A stretch of DNA of 62,994 bases, the filler included, from Hyphochytrium catenoides (lineage: Eukaryota > Protista > Hyphochytriomycota), in NCBI GenBank assembly GCA_900088475.1. It is 12 parts of 12 records of this genome, joined end to end, with 100 filler letters (N's around TTAATTAATTAA, not from the genome) between each part and the next. Parts side by side here need not be neighbours in the genome. Positions count along the whole stretch, not along the records: positions 1 to 30,175 come from FLMG01004308.1; positions 30,276 to 39,878 come from FLMG01000224.1; 10 more parts are not named here. The stretch is one strand, 5' to 3'. Positions within the stretch are counted from its first letter, which is position 1. Each line of letters begins with the position of its first letter. The translations under genes and the position numbers were made by a program. Below are positions 23,820 through 35,334 of the stretch, piece after piece. The notes below the pieces were generated by a model. The model did not search any database. It was not told the origin of the DNA and worked only from the letters and a program-made list of their open reading frames with translations.

Positions 23820-25160
23820 ATGGGCAAGGAAAAGACTCATATCTCTCTTGTGGTCATTGGCCACGTCGACGCTGGTAAGTCGACCACCACCGGTCACTTG
23901 ATCTACAAGTGCGGTGGTATCGACAAGCGTACGATCGAGAAGTTCGAGAAGGAGGCTGCTGAGCTCGGCAAGTCCTCTTTCAAGTACGCATGGGTACTTG
24001 ACAACCTCAAGGCCGAGCGTGAGCGTGGTATCACCATTGATATTGCTCTCTGGAAGTTCGAGACCCCCAAGTACCAGTACACCGTCATTGATGCTCCTGG
24101 TCACCGTGATTTCATCAAGAACATGATTACCGGTACCTCCCAGGCCGATGTCGCTCTTCTGGTTGTGGCTTCTGGTGCTGGTGAGTTCGAGGCTGGTATC
24201 TCCAAGGAGGGCCAGACCAGAGAGCACGCTCTTCTGGCTTTCACCCTTGGTGTCAAGCAGATGATTGTTGGCGTCAACAAGATGGACGACGGCTCCGTCA
24301 AGTACGCTGAGGCCCGTTACAAGGAGATCATGGAGGAGGTATCCAACTACCTCAAGAAGGTTGGATACAAGCCTGCCAAGATCCCATTCGTACCTATCTC
24401 TGGATGGGAGGGCGACAACATGATTGAGAGATCCACCAACATGCCTTGGTACAAGGGCCCAACCCTTCTCGAGGCTCTCGACAACGTCAACCCACCAAAG
24501 CGCCCTGTCGACAAGCCTCTTCGTCTTCCACTTCAGGACGTTTACAAGATTGGCGGTATCGGAACAGTGCCTGTGGGCCGTGTGGAGACTGGTGTCCTCA
24601 AGCCTGGCATGGTTGTCACCTTCGCTCCTTCTGGTCTGACCACCGAAGTCAAGTCTGTGGAGATGCACCACGAGGCTCTTCCTGAGGCTGTTCCTGGTGA
24701 CAACGTTGGTTTCAACGTCAAGAACGTCTCCGTCAAGGAGCTTCGCCGTGGTTTCGTGGCTTCCGACAGCAAGCGCGACCCAGCCAAGGCTGCTGCTTCT
24801 TTCCTGTCTCAGGTTATCATCCTCAACCACCCTGGTCAGATCGGCCCAGGATACGCTCCTGTGCTGGACTGCCACACCGCCCACGTTGCGTGCAAGTTCT
24901 CTGAAATCACGGAGAAGATGGACCGCCGTTCCGGAAAGGTTCTTGAGGAGAACCCTAAGGCTGTAAAGTCTGGTGATGCATGCCTTGTCATCCTTGAGCC
25001 TAGCAAGCCTATGTGCGTAGAGTCCTTCAGCGAGTACCCACCTCTTGGACGTTTCGCTGTCCGTGACATGCGTCAGACCGTTGCCGTCGGTGTCATCAAG
25101 GATGTCACCAAGAAGGAGGCATCTGGCAAGACCACCAAGGCTGCTGCCAAGAAGAAGTAA
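23820..25160 (+). CDS. EF1A: Translation elongation factor 1-alpha, intronless
   Basis: 446-aa ORF with [21 protein letters not shown] and [11 protein letters not shown], and strong codon bias. It lacks the opisthokont insertion after PWYKG. Confidence 0.99.
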   Translation: MGKEKTHISLVVIGHVDAGKSTTTGHLIYKCGGIDKRTIEKFEKEAAELGKSSFKYAWVLDNLKAERERGITIDIALWKFETPKYQYTVIDAPGHRDFIKNMITGTSQADVALLVVASGAGEFEAGISKEGQTREHALLAFTLGVKQMIVGVNKMDDGSVKYAEARYKEIMEEVSNYLKKVGYKPAKIPFVPISGWEGDNMIERSTNMPWYKGPTLLEALDNVNPPKRPVDKPLRLPLQDVYKIGGIGTVPVGRVETGVLKPGMVVTFAPSGLTTEVKSVEMHHEALPEAVPGDNVGFNVKNVSVKELRRGFVASDSKRDPAKAAASFLSQVIILNHPGQIGPGYAPVLDCHTAHVACKFSEITEKMDRRSGKVLEENPKAVKSGDACLVILEPSKPMCVESFSEYPPLGRFAVRDMRQTVAVGVIKDVTKKEASGKTTKAAAKKK

Positions 25161-26166
25161 GCTTCTAACCCCTAGCTTTAGCAGTTTGCCCCTTTCCCAG
25201 AGGTAGAGATGCCCATATGTGGCTGATATTTTGCTCTTATTATATAATGGAGCTTACTGGATCCTAATCCCTTACCCTGAAGCAAATGGGAAGCACTTAG
25301 ATTAACTATTTCGAGCAACTCCATGTCTCGCGAAGGGCAGTGTGAAGTACAGGTTCTAACAGACATCCTATCTCTTCGTGTTGACGCTTGACAAAAAATG
25401 GAAACACAAAGCCAAGTGGCATTATTAAGTGAGGTCTACACCGAAGCCATCCCAGATACGCCGTCGTCGTCAAAAGAAAGCACACTCGACGTTAAATACC
25501 CAAAGAGTAATCAAGCCTAACACACGTGGCATGTCCAGGAGCTTTGCTGAGCGTGAGATTTTTGAATAGAATAGAGTAGCCATCTCGCCGCCCCGTCAAC
25601 GGATAAGCAGACAGACACCGAGAGAATCGAAAGCGAGTCCATTTACAATGCTTGTATGAAGTGCTACTTTCGATCTAGGAGCTCGAACTCCCTAGCACTC
25701 TGGCTAGAAAAGCAGCTCTACCAGCGTCGCGGTCATTGTGGTGGTGATCACGACTAGCTAGATCCACCCGTGAAAGGCTGGAGCCGTGAGTAGGAACTAG
25801 TGACCAGGCGAACCATCACCGTCAGAATCTCTAGAAAGTGCAGGTATCGAGGAGTGATGATCCGACCCAGGAGGAGATGGGCGCGCCCCCTGGCCGTTCA
25901 GCCTTCAATCCAGCCGCTGCCAGAGAAATGGAGGGCGAGAGAGGAGCTGCAGCATGTAACGGCCTTCAGGCCTGCGAATCCTTCATAAGTTACGTTTCAC
26001 CCTAAGTCCCTTTCTTATATTTTGGAAATGTAGTGTGAAATATTCCAACTTTGAAAGATTGAACTTGAAGGACTGTTTTGATGTGATGGCTTTTCACCTT
26101 CTTCCTCTTCTCGCGCGCTCTCTCTCCTTCTCTCTCTCCTTCTCTCTNNNNNNNNNNNNNTCTCTC

Positions 26167-26202
<36 letters not shown>

Positions 26203-26895
26203 TGTCTCTCTCTCTCGTTCTCTCTCTCGTTCTTTCACACTCTCACGGTTTTGTCGTTCGTTTTTCCCCTCTGATCTGTGGGTCTCCCTACTTGCTCGTC
26301 CAACACTTTTCTCTCTCTCTCTATCTCTCTCTCTTTCTCCTCTCGCCTCGTTCATCACACTCGATCCTACTCGTCCTTGAACTTCCCCTGCCCTTGCTTT
26401 GAAGGGAGGAAGGAGAGAAAGAGGCAAGGTAATGTGTTCTGCCTATGAACCTGTTGGGGTCGTGGGCTGCCTAAGATCTAATAATAGACGCTCACCGCGA
26501 CCTCGATGCAACGTGGTTCTCACCTATCCAGAGAGGAGAGAGAAAGAACAAGAAGTGACGAACGCCGCTCTCTATCGCGCTTCTCATTTTCTGGTCTCTC
26601 TTTCTCTTGAAGCTTCCTCCATCCTCCGGCTCTCCCTCTCATTCTTCTCCATCATCAGCAGCTCCCACCGAACGCCCTGGCGGCGGTCCTTCATCATCGG
26701 ACACTAGCCAGAAACGGGGCAGCCAAGGGCAAACTGTCTCCCTTCTGACAATCGTTAGACAGTCACCTGGTGGGAGGTCCACCTTCTCTTTGGTTCAATG
26801 ACGGCGTGAGTATCTATGATTCAGGCGGTGACGCAGGCAGCACCTTAGGTCATAAAGGCTATAGACAGCTAGAGAAGAAGCCAAGCACTCGCAAA

Positions 26896-28903
26896 ATGGC
26901 GCGTGATAAGCGGGCCATCTATTGTGCAGAACGGGCCGAGTGGGAGGAACTGAAGAAGCTATTAAGAGCAGACCCCGAGAGCGCGAAGGAGAAGGACAAA
27001 TATGGCATGCTGCCCTTGCACTGGGCTTGCACCGAACGTCATGTCCCTCTCGATGTCCTTGAAAGCTTGCTTGAAGCCTACCCAGAAGGCTCCTTCACGA
27101 GGACGGAGGTCAACATGCTGCCGTTGCACATTGCCATGCGGACAATGTGCGCCGTGGAGTGGGTCCAGAGATTGATTAGAGCTTATCCAGACGCTCTGTT
27201 GGAGCCCGTCGGCATCTGTCGCTCCGTCATGGAGTTTGCGAAGCAGGTCGGCCTATCAAGCGAGTATCTCAAGATGATCAGCAGGTTAGAGATTTCTAGC
27301 GGGACCGCCCCACAATCGCTGTTGACTAATGTACATGCGGACTCTTCTTGCTTCCTCTTCCTTCGTCCTTCCCCTCTCTCAACATAGCGCGGAGGCTACG
27401 CTGCTGAGAAGCAGGGCGCCAAAGGTGGAGACCCCGACCAACACGAGCAGCTACGGAGAGACTTCCTTCACGTCAATAGGCCCTAGGCCTAAACTGCAGC
27501 GCCTCAACACTGGCGGCGATCTGTACTCTAACTCTGGCGTCGAACGACGAAAGTTCCTCAATCTATCCTCGCACACCTCCACGCCTACATTCAGCAGCAA
27601 CAACAGTTATAAGGGCATCGGCGCCGATGAACCAGACTTCCGTTTGTCGACAGGAGCAGTTCCTCTGTTTCGAAGTGCTGGCGGTAGTCCCACATTTAAC
27701 GGTTGCTTGGCTGCCGTCCATCCGTACAACGCCTCGACGACTGCTGGCATCAAAATGCATAGCTTTTCTAAAGGTTTACCTCCAACCAGTCAGAGCATGA
27801 GAAACCTCCTTGCGGGAACATCTACAAAGCAATCAGCTGTGGACAGTTACGGACTAGGCTCTCGCAACCCCAGCTCCTACGTTAGCTCTTACCTAGGCGG
27901 AGGCTTCGGCACAACCATAAGTTCTCTATCTGACGACGATGACAATGACGAGCTGATCAAGCCATACAATCCTATGGCAATGAACTTTGAGAGTAATAGA
28001 GTCCGAAGCCCTTCCTTTCGCTCTCTGTACCAGGGTAACAGCTCCTCTCCAGCAGGCCCATCTGGAATGGAAGATGTGGAATTGTCAGGCTTAACAGGTG
28101 ACAAAGGAGAAGATCATCCTGAACGCGAGGAGGGCTCGGTCCCTAACTCCCCAATGATTTTTGAAGATGCTGCTATGGGACCCAGTGGGTACCTTCAGGA
28201 AGATATGATGGAGCACATGGTTAGCGACCACGTCCCGTTGCAGTCCTTAAAGACGTACGAACTCGAATCTCATGAGAAGTATCCCCATCCACCAAAGTGG
28301 CAGCTAGCTGACCGGTGCAAAATATGCTCGAATATCTTCAACAAGGTCTTTAGAAAGAGACATCACTGCCGGAACTGCGGTCAGTCTATCTGCAGCGACC
28401 ACACCTCGGGAAAGCTGCCTCTGCCTCACTATGGACGGCCCGAACCAGTTCTTGTTTGCGTCTTGTGCTTTGCAGATCTTGTTAAAGGAGAGGAGGAAGG
28501 AATTTTACGAGGTCATCCACACGCCTTCCGAGCAAGCTCCGTTCTCAAGCATAAAGCTTCCTTGGATGCGGAGCAAGGTCGTGCAATGGCGGCTTTGGCG
28601 TCTGCGGCCCTAGAAGGAGAAGTCAAGAGTCTATCTCGGAAGCTATCAGAAATGGAGTTTCGGCTTAGAGACTGTGAAGGCCAGCTGCAGCAGAAGGAAA
28701 ACCAGATCTTAGAGCAGAAAGAATCGCTGGCGGAGGTAATGGTGATGTTGACTCGGACGATGACAACCCTCAGCCATCTTGAGCTCCGCTGTCCTGCACC
28801 TGCAACAACTCTCTCCTCTTCAGAGACTCCAGAAGAGGAGGCAGAGCGCCAGTCAGGCTCCATCGGCGCAACAGCAATAGCCGCAGCCTCGTCAACGAGT
28901 TGA
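26896..28903 (+). CDS. Ankyrin-repeat + FYVE zinc finger + coiled-coil protein, 2 exons
   Basis: Exon 26896-27284 has GMLPLHWAC and MLPLHIAM ankyrin-like repeats. A GT-AG intron (27285-27387) keeps the frame. Exon 27388-28903 has WQLADRCKIC...RKRHHCRNCGQSICSDH...VCVLC (FYVE) and then heptad repeats. Confidence 0.9.
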
Positions 28904-29720
28904 CCTCGGTCTTCTTGCTAAACTGTCAGCTTCATAGGTTCCAATAGGAACAGACATGCTCGTTTATCATCAGTATTACTCTTCACTCCTTAGAGTTTAC
29001 GCGAGCTTATCATAAGTGTTCTTTATAAAGCGGGTCGTCTTCTTCTCTATGCTCTTCCCTCTGATCTGTTCCCTCTCCCTCGAGAACATACTGGCCCGAT
29101 TCACACTTCCTTTCTTGCTTCAGTGACCAGTGCGACGTCCTTGCATTGCATTCAAAGGGCCCGCTCTCTGTCCGTCGTTGCCTTAAGTATGACCCTATCA
29201 CCGTTAGCTCTGTCTATAAATGTGCCTACCGCAGTTGCGTCGGTTGGCGGGCAAATATGACGCCTCATCCTCCGCTGGGGAATAACACTGACCTGTTGCT
29301 TTTCTGACAATACTAACTCTCTGCTTGCTTGTGAAGCACGGCTGCAAAGGACAGCGCTCCTCGGAGTGAGGGCAGATCTGACGTTCCTTCATCTCTACCA
29401 GGAGAAAGCACTGGGATGCTGGGACTTGGATGTGCGGCTGATGAACGAGCCTCGACGTGCTCCAGGCCTTGCTTATTCTCCTTCTTGTTCTCCTCGTCGT
29501 GCTCTCCCTCCCCTGGTGTCGTTGTATCAAGAGAGTTCCATTGTCCTATCGAAGTCAGGCATAGCAGACCTCTCTACCATTTGCTTTAAACTCTTCCGCC
29601 CCTTCTGTCTCTCTTTTCTTTTCCTCATTCTCTCGCTCTCGCTCTCTCGCTCTTCTGAGTTCTTCTTCTGCCTCTCTCTGTCTCCCTCTCTCTCTCTATG
29701 TCTCTCCCTCTCTCTCTCTT

Positions 29721-29766
<46 letters not shown>

Positions 29767-30175
29767 TTTGACTCACCTACCTCTGTATGTGTCTCTCTGC
29801 CTCGCTGTCTCTCTCGTCGTCTGTCTCTTAGCCTCTCCATGTCTGTGTCTCTCTCTCTCTCTGTCTCTTGTGTCTCTCTGTCTCTCTCACTTCTGCTCTC
29901 CACCTCAACTCTGCCTTTTTTGTAACCCCCACCAGGGAGCCACCCCCAGGGTTCAAGGAGGTCACCCCTTCTACTATGTAGGCCAATTGTGTGAAGTATT
30001 TTGGGTGAGTGACGTTGTTGCGCCAGCGGCCGGTACCCCTAAATTGTGATGGCTCGCCGGTTACAATGACCCAGAGGCTCCGGAGAGAGAGGAGACGGAA
30101 GTTCCGCTCCCGCCTGGCCATCAAACAGACATGGAAGACAAGGGGAGGGCGACAGAGAGAGAGAGAGAGAGAGAG

Positions 30176-30275
30176 NNNNNNNNNNNNNNNNNNNNNNNNN
30201 NNNNNNNNNNNNNNNNNNNTTAATTAATTAANNNNNNNNNNNNNNNNNNNNNNNNNNNNNNNNNNNNNNNNNNNN
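30176..30275. other. Artificial contig-joining spacer N44-TTAATTAATTAA-N44 (first of 11)
   Basis: Identical spacers with stops in all six frames also occur at 39879-39978, 41798-41897, 43121-43220, 46418-46517, 47791-47890, 53790-53889, 57842-57941, 59101-59200, 60316-60415 and 61416-61515. Confidence 0.98.
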
Positions 30276-30574
30276 TGTGAAAGTTCTGCGTGGGAACACG
30301 CGTCCCTCGTTTAGTGTCGCCTCTATCTTTCGCTCTTCGAGCAGCAGTCACAACCTCGACCGTGAGTCTCTATCTCAACTTCTTTTCCTCCCCTTTCATT
30401 CTCCAATTTTCTCCATGTCATTCTTCCGTTTCCTGCCTTCTCTCTTTCATCAGTTTTTCGTAATCCATCCGTTCCCGTACCTATTTACCACCCCCACCAC
30501 CCCTTTCCCCGCTTCTCTCTCTCACTCTCTCTCTCAGCCGCGGGCGCTCCCTCTCGCTCTCTTTCTCTTTCCCG

Positions 30575-30730
30575 TTCTCCCTCTCTCGGTTTTTCTCCCT
30601 CCCTCGGTTTCTCTCCCTCCCTCGGTTTCTCTCCCTCTCTCGGAATCTCTCCCTCTCTCGGTTTCTCTCCCTCTCTCGGATTCTCTCCCTCTCTCGGTTT
30701 CACTCCCTCTCTCGGTTTCTCTCCCTCACT
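30575..30730. repeat. 18-bp minisatellite (CTCTCGGTTTCTCTCCCT)n, about 8 copies
   Basis: Tandem units are directly visible; they translate as PREGEK repeats on the minus strand. Confidence 0.85.
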
Positions 30731-30753
30731 CCCTCTCTATATATATATACTTT

Positions 30754-31284
30754 TCACCCTCTCTCTTTTCTCCCTCCTCGTCGTGTTATGGCGTCTGTCG
30801 TTACCTTTTCGCCCTCCAAGGCCATAGGCACCGAGAAACTCGTCTCCTTGCCATTTCTGGGGAATCTCGTGGCGGGAACCTCAGCTGTGCTTAGTACCTT
30901 GAGACCCAGTAGGGGAATTTTCACCAGCAGTTGCACCGTCACAGCTGTCGGGCTGTCCCAACGCAGTCCTTCCAGCAGCAGATCCTTACCGTCCCAGACA
31001 GGATCGGACGATGAATAGACCACCGGCAAAGTCTCTTTTCTTGTAAGACCTGCCTTGGTGTGGGCTTGAAGACGACATATAAGATCTGCCTTGAAAAGAG
31101 GGAAAGGGAGCTTGAAGGCTTCAATGCAAAGGGAGGTAATGGCAAGCACTGTCTCCTCTTCCACTGGTAAGTGAACATTGGAGCCCCGACGTTTGGGGCC
31201 GCTGCGTCGTCTCTCGGGGTCATGATCCTTGTGACCCACCTTCCGCTGCGACGCGTGCGGCTTCTTAGAGCCCAGTGAAGGCAT
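30754..31284 (-). CDS. Probable C2-domain-containing exon
   Basis: LAITSLCIEAFKLP...ADLICRL...TLPVVYSSSDPVWDG...VTVQLLVKIPLLGLKVLSTAEVP resembles the C2 strand pattern (T-x-V-x3-[ND]PVW). Confidence 0.5.
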   Translation of the reverse strand: MPSLGSKKPHASQRKVGHKDHDPERRRSGPKRRGSNVHLPVEEETVLAITSLCIEAFKLPFPLFKADLICRLQAHTKAGLTRKETLPVVYSSSDPVWDGKDLLLEGLRWDSPTAVTVQLLVKIPLLGLKVLSTAEVPATRFPRNGKETSFSVPMALEGEKVTTDAITRRGGRKERG

Positions 31285-32712
31285 TCCAAGGTGGTCGATC
31301 CACCTTAACCTTATTCTTGGCTGTCTCTGTCAGACATCACTGTGGCACGTCTCCTCATTAGTGCCCTTTCTCTCTCTTCATTGTCCAGACCAGGTTCTTC
31401 TGCCCATTATAAAAGCCAGTCTTGACCTGCTCTACCTGCAAGGTACACCTTGCCAATTGAAAAGGCATCGATAGGCGGAGAGCAGGGCAGTACTGAGAGA
31501 GAGAGAGAGAGTGATGCTTCCACGATGTCAGGAGCCTACCTTGGTCGGGCTGAGGCGGCCAGAAGAGAGAGGAAGGGTTGTGGTTGGAAGGAGGGCGGAG
31601 GAGGGCGGCCGGGGTGCGGCGCGGGGGGGGTGGCTGTGCCGGTTCGGAGGTTCTGACAAACAAAAGATCAACAAATGAACTGCTTTGGCTAGTTATCACA
31701 GATCGTTGCCTATACACACTTTAAATGATTCGAGGAGAGTGAGATATGTACTTGACCTAGGTCTTGTATGGTATAATACCAAGAGGACGATTGGGCAAGA
31801 GATGAGCAAAGCCTATTCTAGCAAAATGAGGGCTGTTCCCTTTGTGGTGGGAGAGGAAGCAGCTTGAAGTCTGTCAAGGGAGTAATAACGACCGCCAAGA
31901 GTGGTACAAGGAGACATCTATAGAAAGAGCGATGAGAATGATGAGAGCGTTTTTTATGGCCCTGGTTTACTGAGCTGGAGCGGATCACAAGCTGGCCTGC
32001 CAGTGCATCACCTCGGCCGGTAATGTATGCCATTTTGGCTAGCGTTGTTCTGCGCAGCGCGTTGGCATGCTTTAGGTCCGAGTTATCCATTGCCTCTGCC
32101 TTTTCCTGCGGTCAGAAGGGTTGTCGTCATGACGCTCAAGACGGACCTGCCGAAAGCTGAGACAGTGGAATGTAAGCTCGATAGGACAGCTTCTACATAC
32201 CTGGGCACGATAGGACAGCACTATTCCGGAAAGATGAGGTGACTAGTAAATGTACCCAGGCTCTCAAGAAGGTGAAAGAAAAGCGGACGACCCATTAGTA
32301 TGATGACCCGCAAGCCCTACATTCTGGAGGTCACAAGAAGGTCATCTGCTTTTTTAGAATCTTGTCGCTAGCCAGAGGTGTACTTTCTATAAGCTGAGGT
32401 TCCTATCCTAGCAGACGGGGAGCCTATTCAAAAACTCATGGGAAAGTTACTCAGAAGTCTGCCTTGACTTCTGTGCGCTATTCGATGTTTGGGAACCTCG
32501 TCGGGTAACTGTGGGTCGAGATTCTCAGTGAATGAGAGGAGAGGTGACGACTGTTCTCAAGAGGGAGAAGCAGTACTATCATATGCGATCATGAGTGCTG
32601 CTTCCGACTGTACCGCGTGTGCTATTAGACTTATTAATTGAGGGACACTCTGAAGGCCCTGCCTGCGGTGAGAGACTCTGCGTCTCCTAACACATAGGGT
32701 ATATTTAGACAT

Positions 32713-34092
32713 CTATAGGTCAGCAATCTTGATCACCTGCTTGCCGAAGTTCTTTCCCTGAAGCATCCCCACGAAGGCCTCTGGTGCCTTTTCAATGCCC
32801 TCAACCACGTCCTCCTTGTAGACAATTTTTCCTTCCTTCAGAAGCTCGGTCATCTCCTTATAGAAGCGAGGACCCCACTCCGCTGCAGAGTCACTGACAA
32901 TGAAGCCTTCAATGCGGATCCTATTCTTGATGATCCGGGTGAGGTTGCGGACAGGCTCTTCTTCCTCTTTGTTATATTGGGAGATCATGCCGCAAACAAT
33001 GATGCGTGCAAAGGGGTTGCTGGTGGATGAACAAGAGGCAGACATCTCAGTTAATCAGTTCAAGATACCATTAGAGAGACCGTTTCTTCTCCTCCAGTCC
33101 AAACTCGTCTACTTCTTCCATCCGCATTCATGCCTTACTAGCTTCTACGGCCTACTGCAGGCAACTCACCTATGGTTTAGCACGTGCTCCAGCGTTTTGC
33201 CTCCTACATTCTCAAAGTAAATATCAATTCCATTGGGGCAGAGCTCTGAGAGCTTCTGATCCATGTCTGCAGTCTTGTAGTTGAACGCAGCGTCGTAACC
33301 GCACTGCTCTAGCAAGAAATTGACCTACAAAAGAGGAAGAGTCAGACCTTGACGAATATTGATGGACTATAAAGTCGGTCATCCTCACCTTTTCATCGCT
33401 ACCCGCCGAACCGACGACGCGAAGGCCCTGGAGTTTGCCAAGCTNNNNNNNNNNNNNNNNNNNNNNNNNNNNNNGGCATACCCAGTACTCCCACAAAGTG
33501 CGCGAGTGGCATGCCGCTGTCTCTAATGTGGTTGTACACTTTGAAGCCAGATACCTCAGAAGCTGGAACCTTGGTGTACTCCTCCCAGCCAATCATGCCA
33601 TAGACGATGTCACCTATAGAGATGATTGCCCGCATGTCAGTAGAGTTACAAAGCTAGAGTTGCTGTTAGTTCGGATAAATAGTCTATGCTGTTAGTTCGG
33701 ATAAATAGTCTATCGCAGCTCGAAGGACAGGAACATTGGGAGCAAATTGAAAGCGACGCCTCCTACTAAGTGTCTTGTTGTTCTTACGTACCGACATTGA
33801 AGTCCTTGTTGTTTGACTTCACTACCTCGGACACGCCGTGTCCTGTTGGCACACTTCCTAGCGGGAAAGGGCCCACATAGGACTTCTGACCGGGCTTGGT
33901 CATTCGGCCCCTCATGTATGGGTCAACACTCAGTACCAGGTTTCTAAGCAAGATCTCATTCTCCCCAAGTGGACTGCCCTGGACATCGAAGTTATCTTTT
34001 TTGACAATCAGATGCTCGCCAGGGACAGGATAGGTGGTGGGATAGTCCGCAAAGATAACGCGGGTGTTACTTGAGGCGTTGGAGGTCGGCAT
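32713..34092 (-). CDS. Zinc-independent NADP-dependent MDR oxidoreductase (prostaglandin/alkenal reductase family); spliced, with an internal gap
   Basis: YPVPGEHL, LSVDPYMRGRM, VGVLGMP, RVVGSAGSDEK, AAFNYKT, CPNGIDIYFENVGG, RIIVCGMISQYN, IEGFIV and APEAFVGMLQGKNFGKQVIKI. Confidence 0.93.
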
Positions 34093-35334
34093 TGCTGTTG
34101 CTGGGAAAACTGGACGTGGAAGATGCTTTATCTTTTACAATATAGCGCTCGGTAAGAATAGCAGAAAGGAGGCAAGATGCAGGCTGTCTGGAAACTTGAT
34201 AAGTGAGAGAAGATCTCTCTAGAAGGCCTACGAGAAAGAAAGAACACTAGGACTGCTACTAAAGAAGATCTTGGAAAGCTCTGTAGGCAATGCGAAAGCG
34301 GTCCTAGCTTTGGTTACAGGTGCTCGTAAGAACCTGCGCTGTCTCCAGGATGAGCCTCCTAAGGCCCTTGTACTGACAAGCGACCAAAAGCCACAACCGA
34401 GAGAGGTGGAGGAGGAAGATGCAACAGCTCGCACGTCTGCGCTGTCTTTGGGAGACGAAGTGCTAGACAGGCGAAGGTGATGGAAGTATGAGGGTCGGAC
34501 AGAAGGCAAAGATGCAGTCCCAGAGTTCTCCTTCGTGGAAGACACTCTGAGATGAAGAAACTGGCGAATCGACTTCGCACCAGAAATCCTTTGACTGCCC
34601 TCTTGCCCTGCTTGCAGCACCTGCACCACTCTCATCAAGCAAGGATGGCGTGTCAGGAGGACTGAGGAGCCCTCCTGCGCCTTTATTTCCCAGCCTAAAC
34701 TGGCGGTCGAAGGACATCGAACAACCAGCTCAGACAGGACGAGGAAGAAGCGAAGGAAGCTGCCTGCCCTGCCGTGCCCTAACATTAAACCTGTCAAGAG
34801 GTTGGCATTCACAGCTTTTTGGCTATAACAGGAGGAAAGAGCGTCCTGTACTTTGTGTGAGGGGGAGGATTCTGATCCTGACAGGGGTCAGCAGGGCGAT
34901 GATGTACATACAGCCTTGTGTACAGCGGTCTACAGGGTGCCTTGGCGACCGCTAACCTATCCAGCAAGGGCCCAATTCTCTACGATAACTCAAATAACTG
35001 TATTAGGTATTCCTAATAAGAAGATGCCGGTCTGATTGCGGATACTAGCCGCGTTCTGATGTTGACTGGGCAGCAGCAGCACCGCAAGCAGCAGGCCCAG
35101 ACCCAGCGCAGCAGCGGCAGGAGCAGTTCTGCAGCAACAGTGGCAGCAGCAACAGCCACACAGTCACGACCTGATCGCTATCCTGCCGTCTACTGACTTC
35201 GAAGAAGCGCTTTGACAACGGAGACCGATCAAGGCTTATACTGTGCAAACCCCGACCTTACGGAGTACGACCTAGGTGCCACCTACTTCGACGACTGTTA
35301 GCTAGACTCGCCTTCTGGGAGAGCGGCACTAAGC

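Noticed and set aside
23760-24884. 374-aa antisense ORF over EF-1alpha
   Set aside because: Typical shadow ORF caused by strong codon bias of a highly expressed gene.
29402-29445. ...WMCG-TGA-TGA as a selenoprotein C-terminus
   Set aside because: No supportable upstream ORF or splice model and no recognisable SECIS element.
34815-34910. GVSRA / SVLYFV segments as the missing DUSP active site or an ATG4-like fragment
   Set aside because: No HC preceding GVSR; the ATG4-like reading needs a 28-nt intron and lacks the DPH motif.
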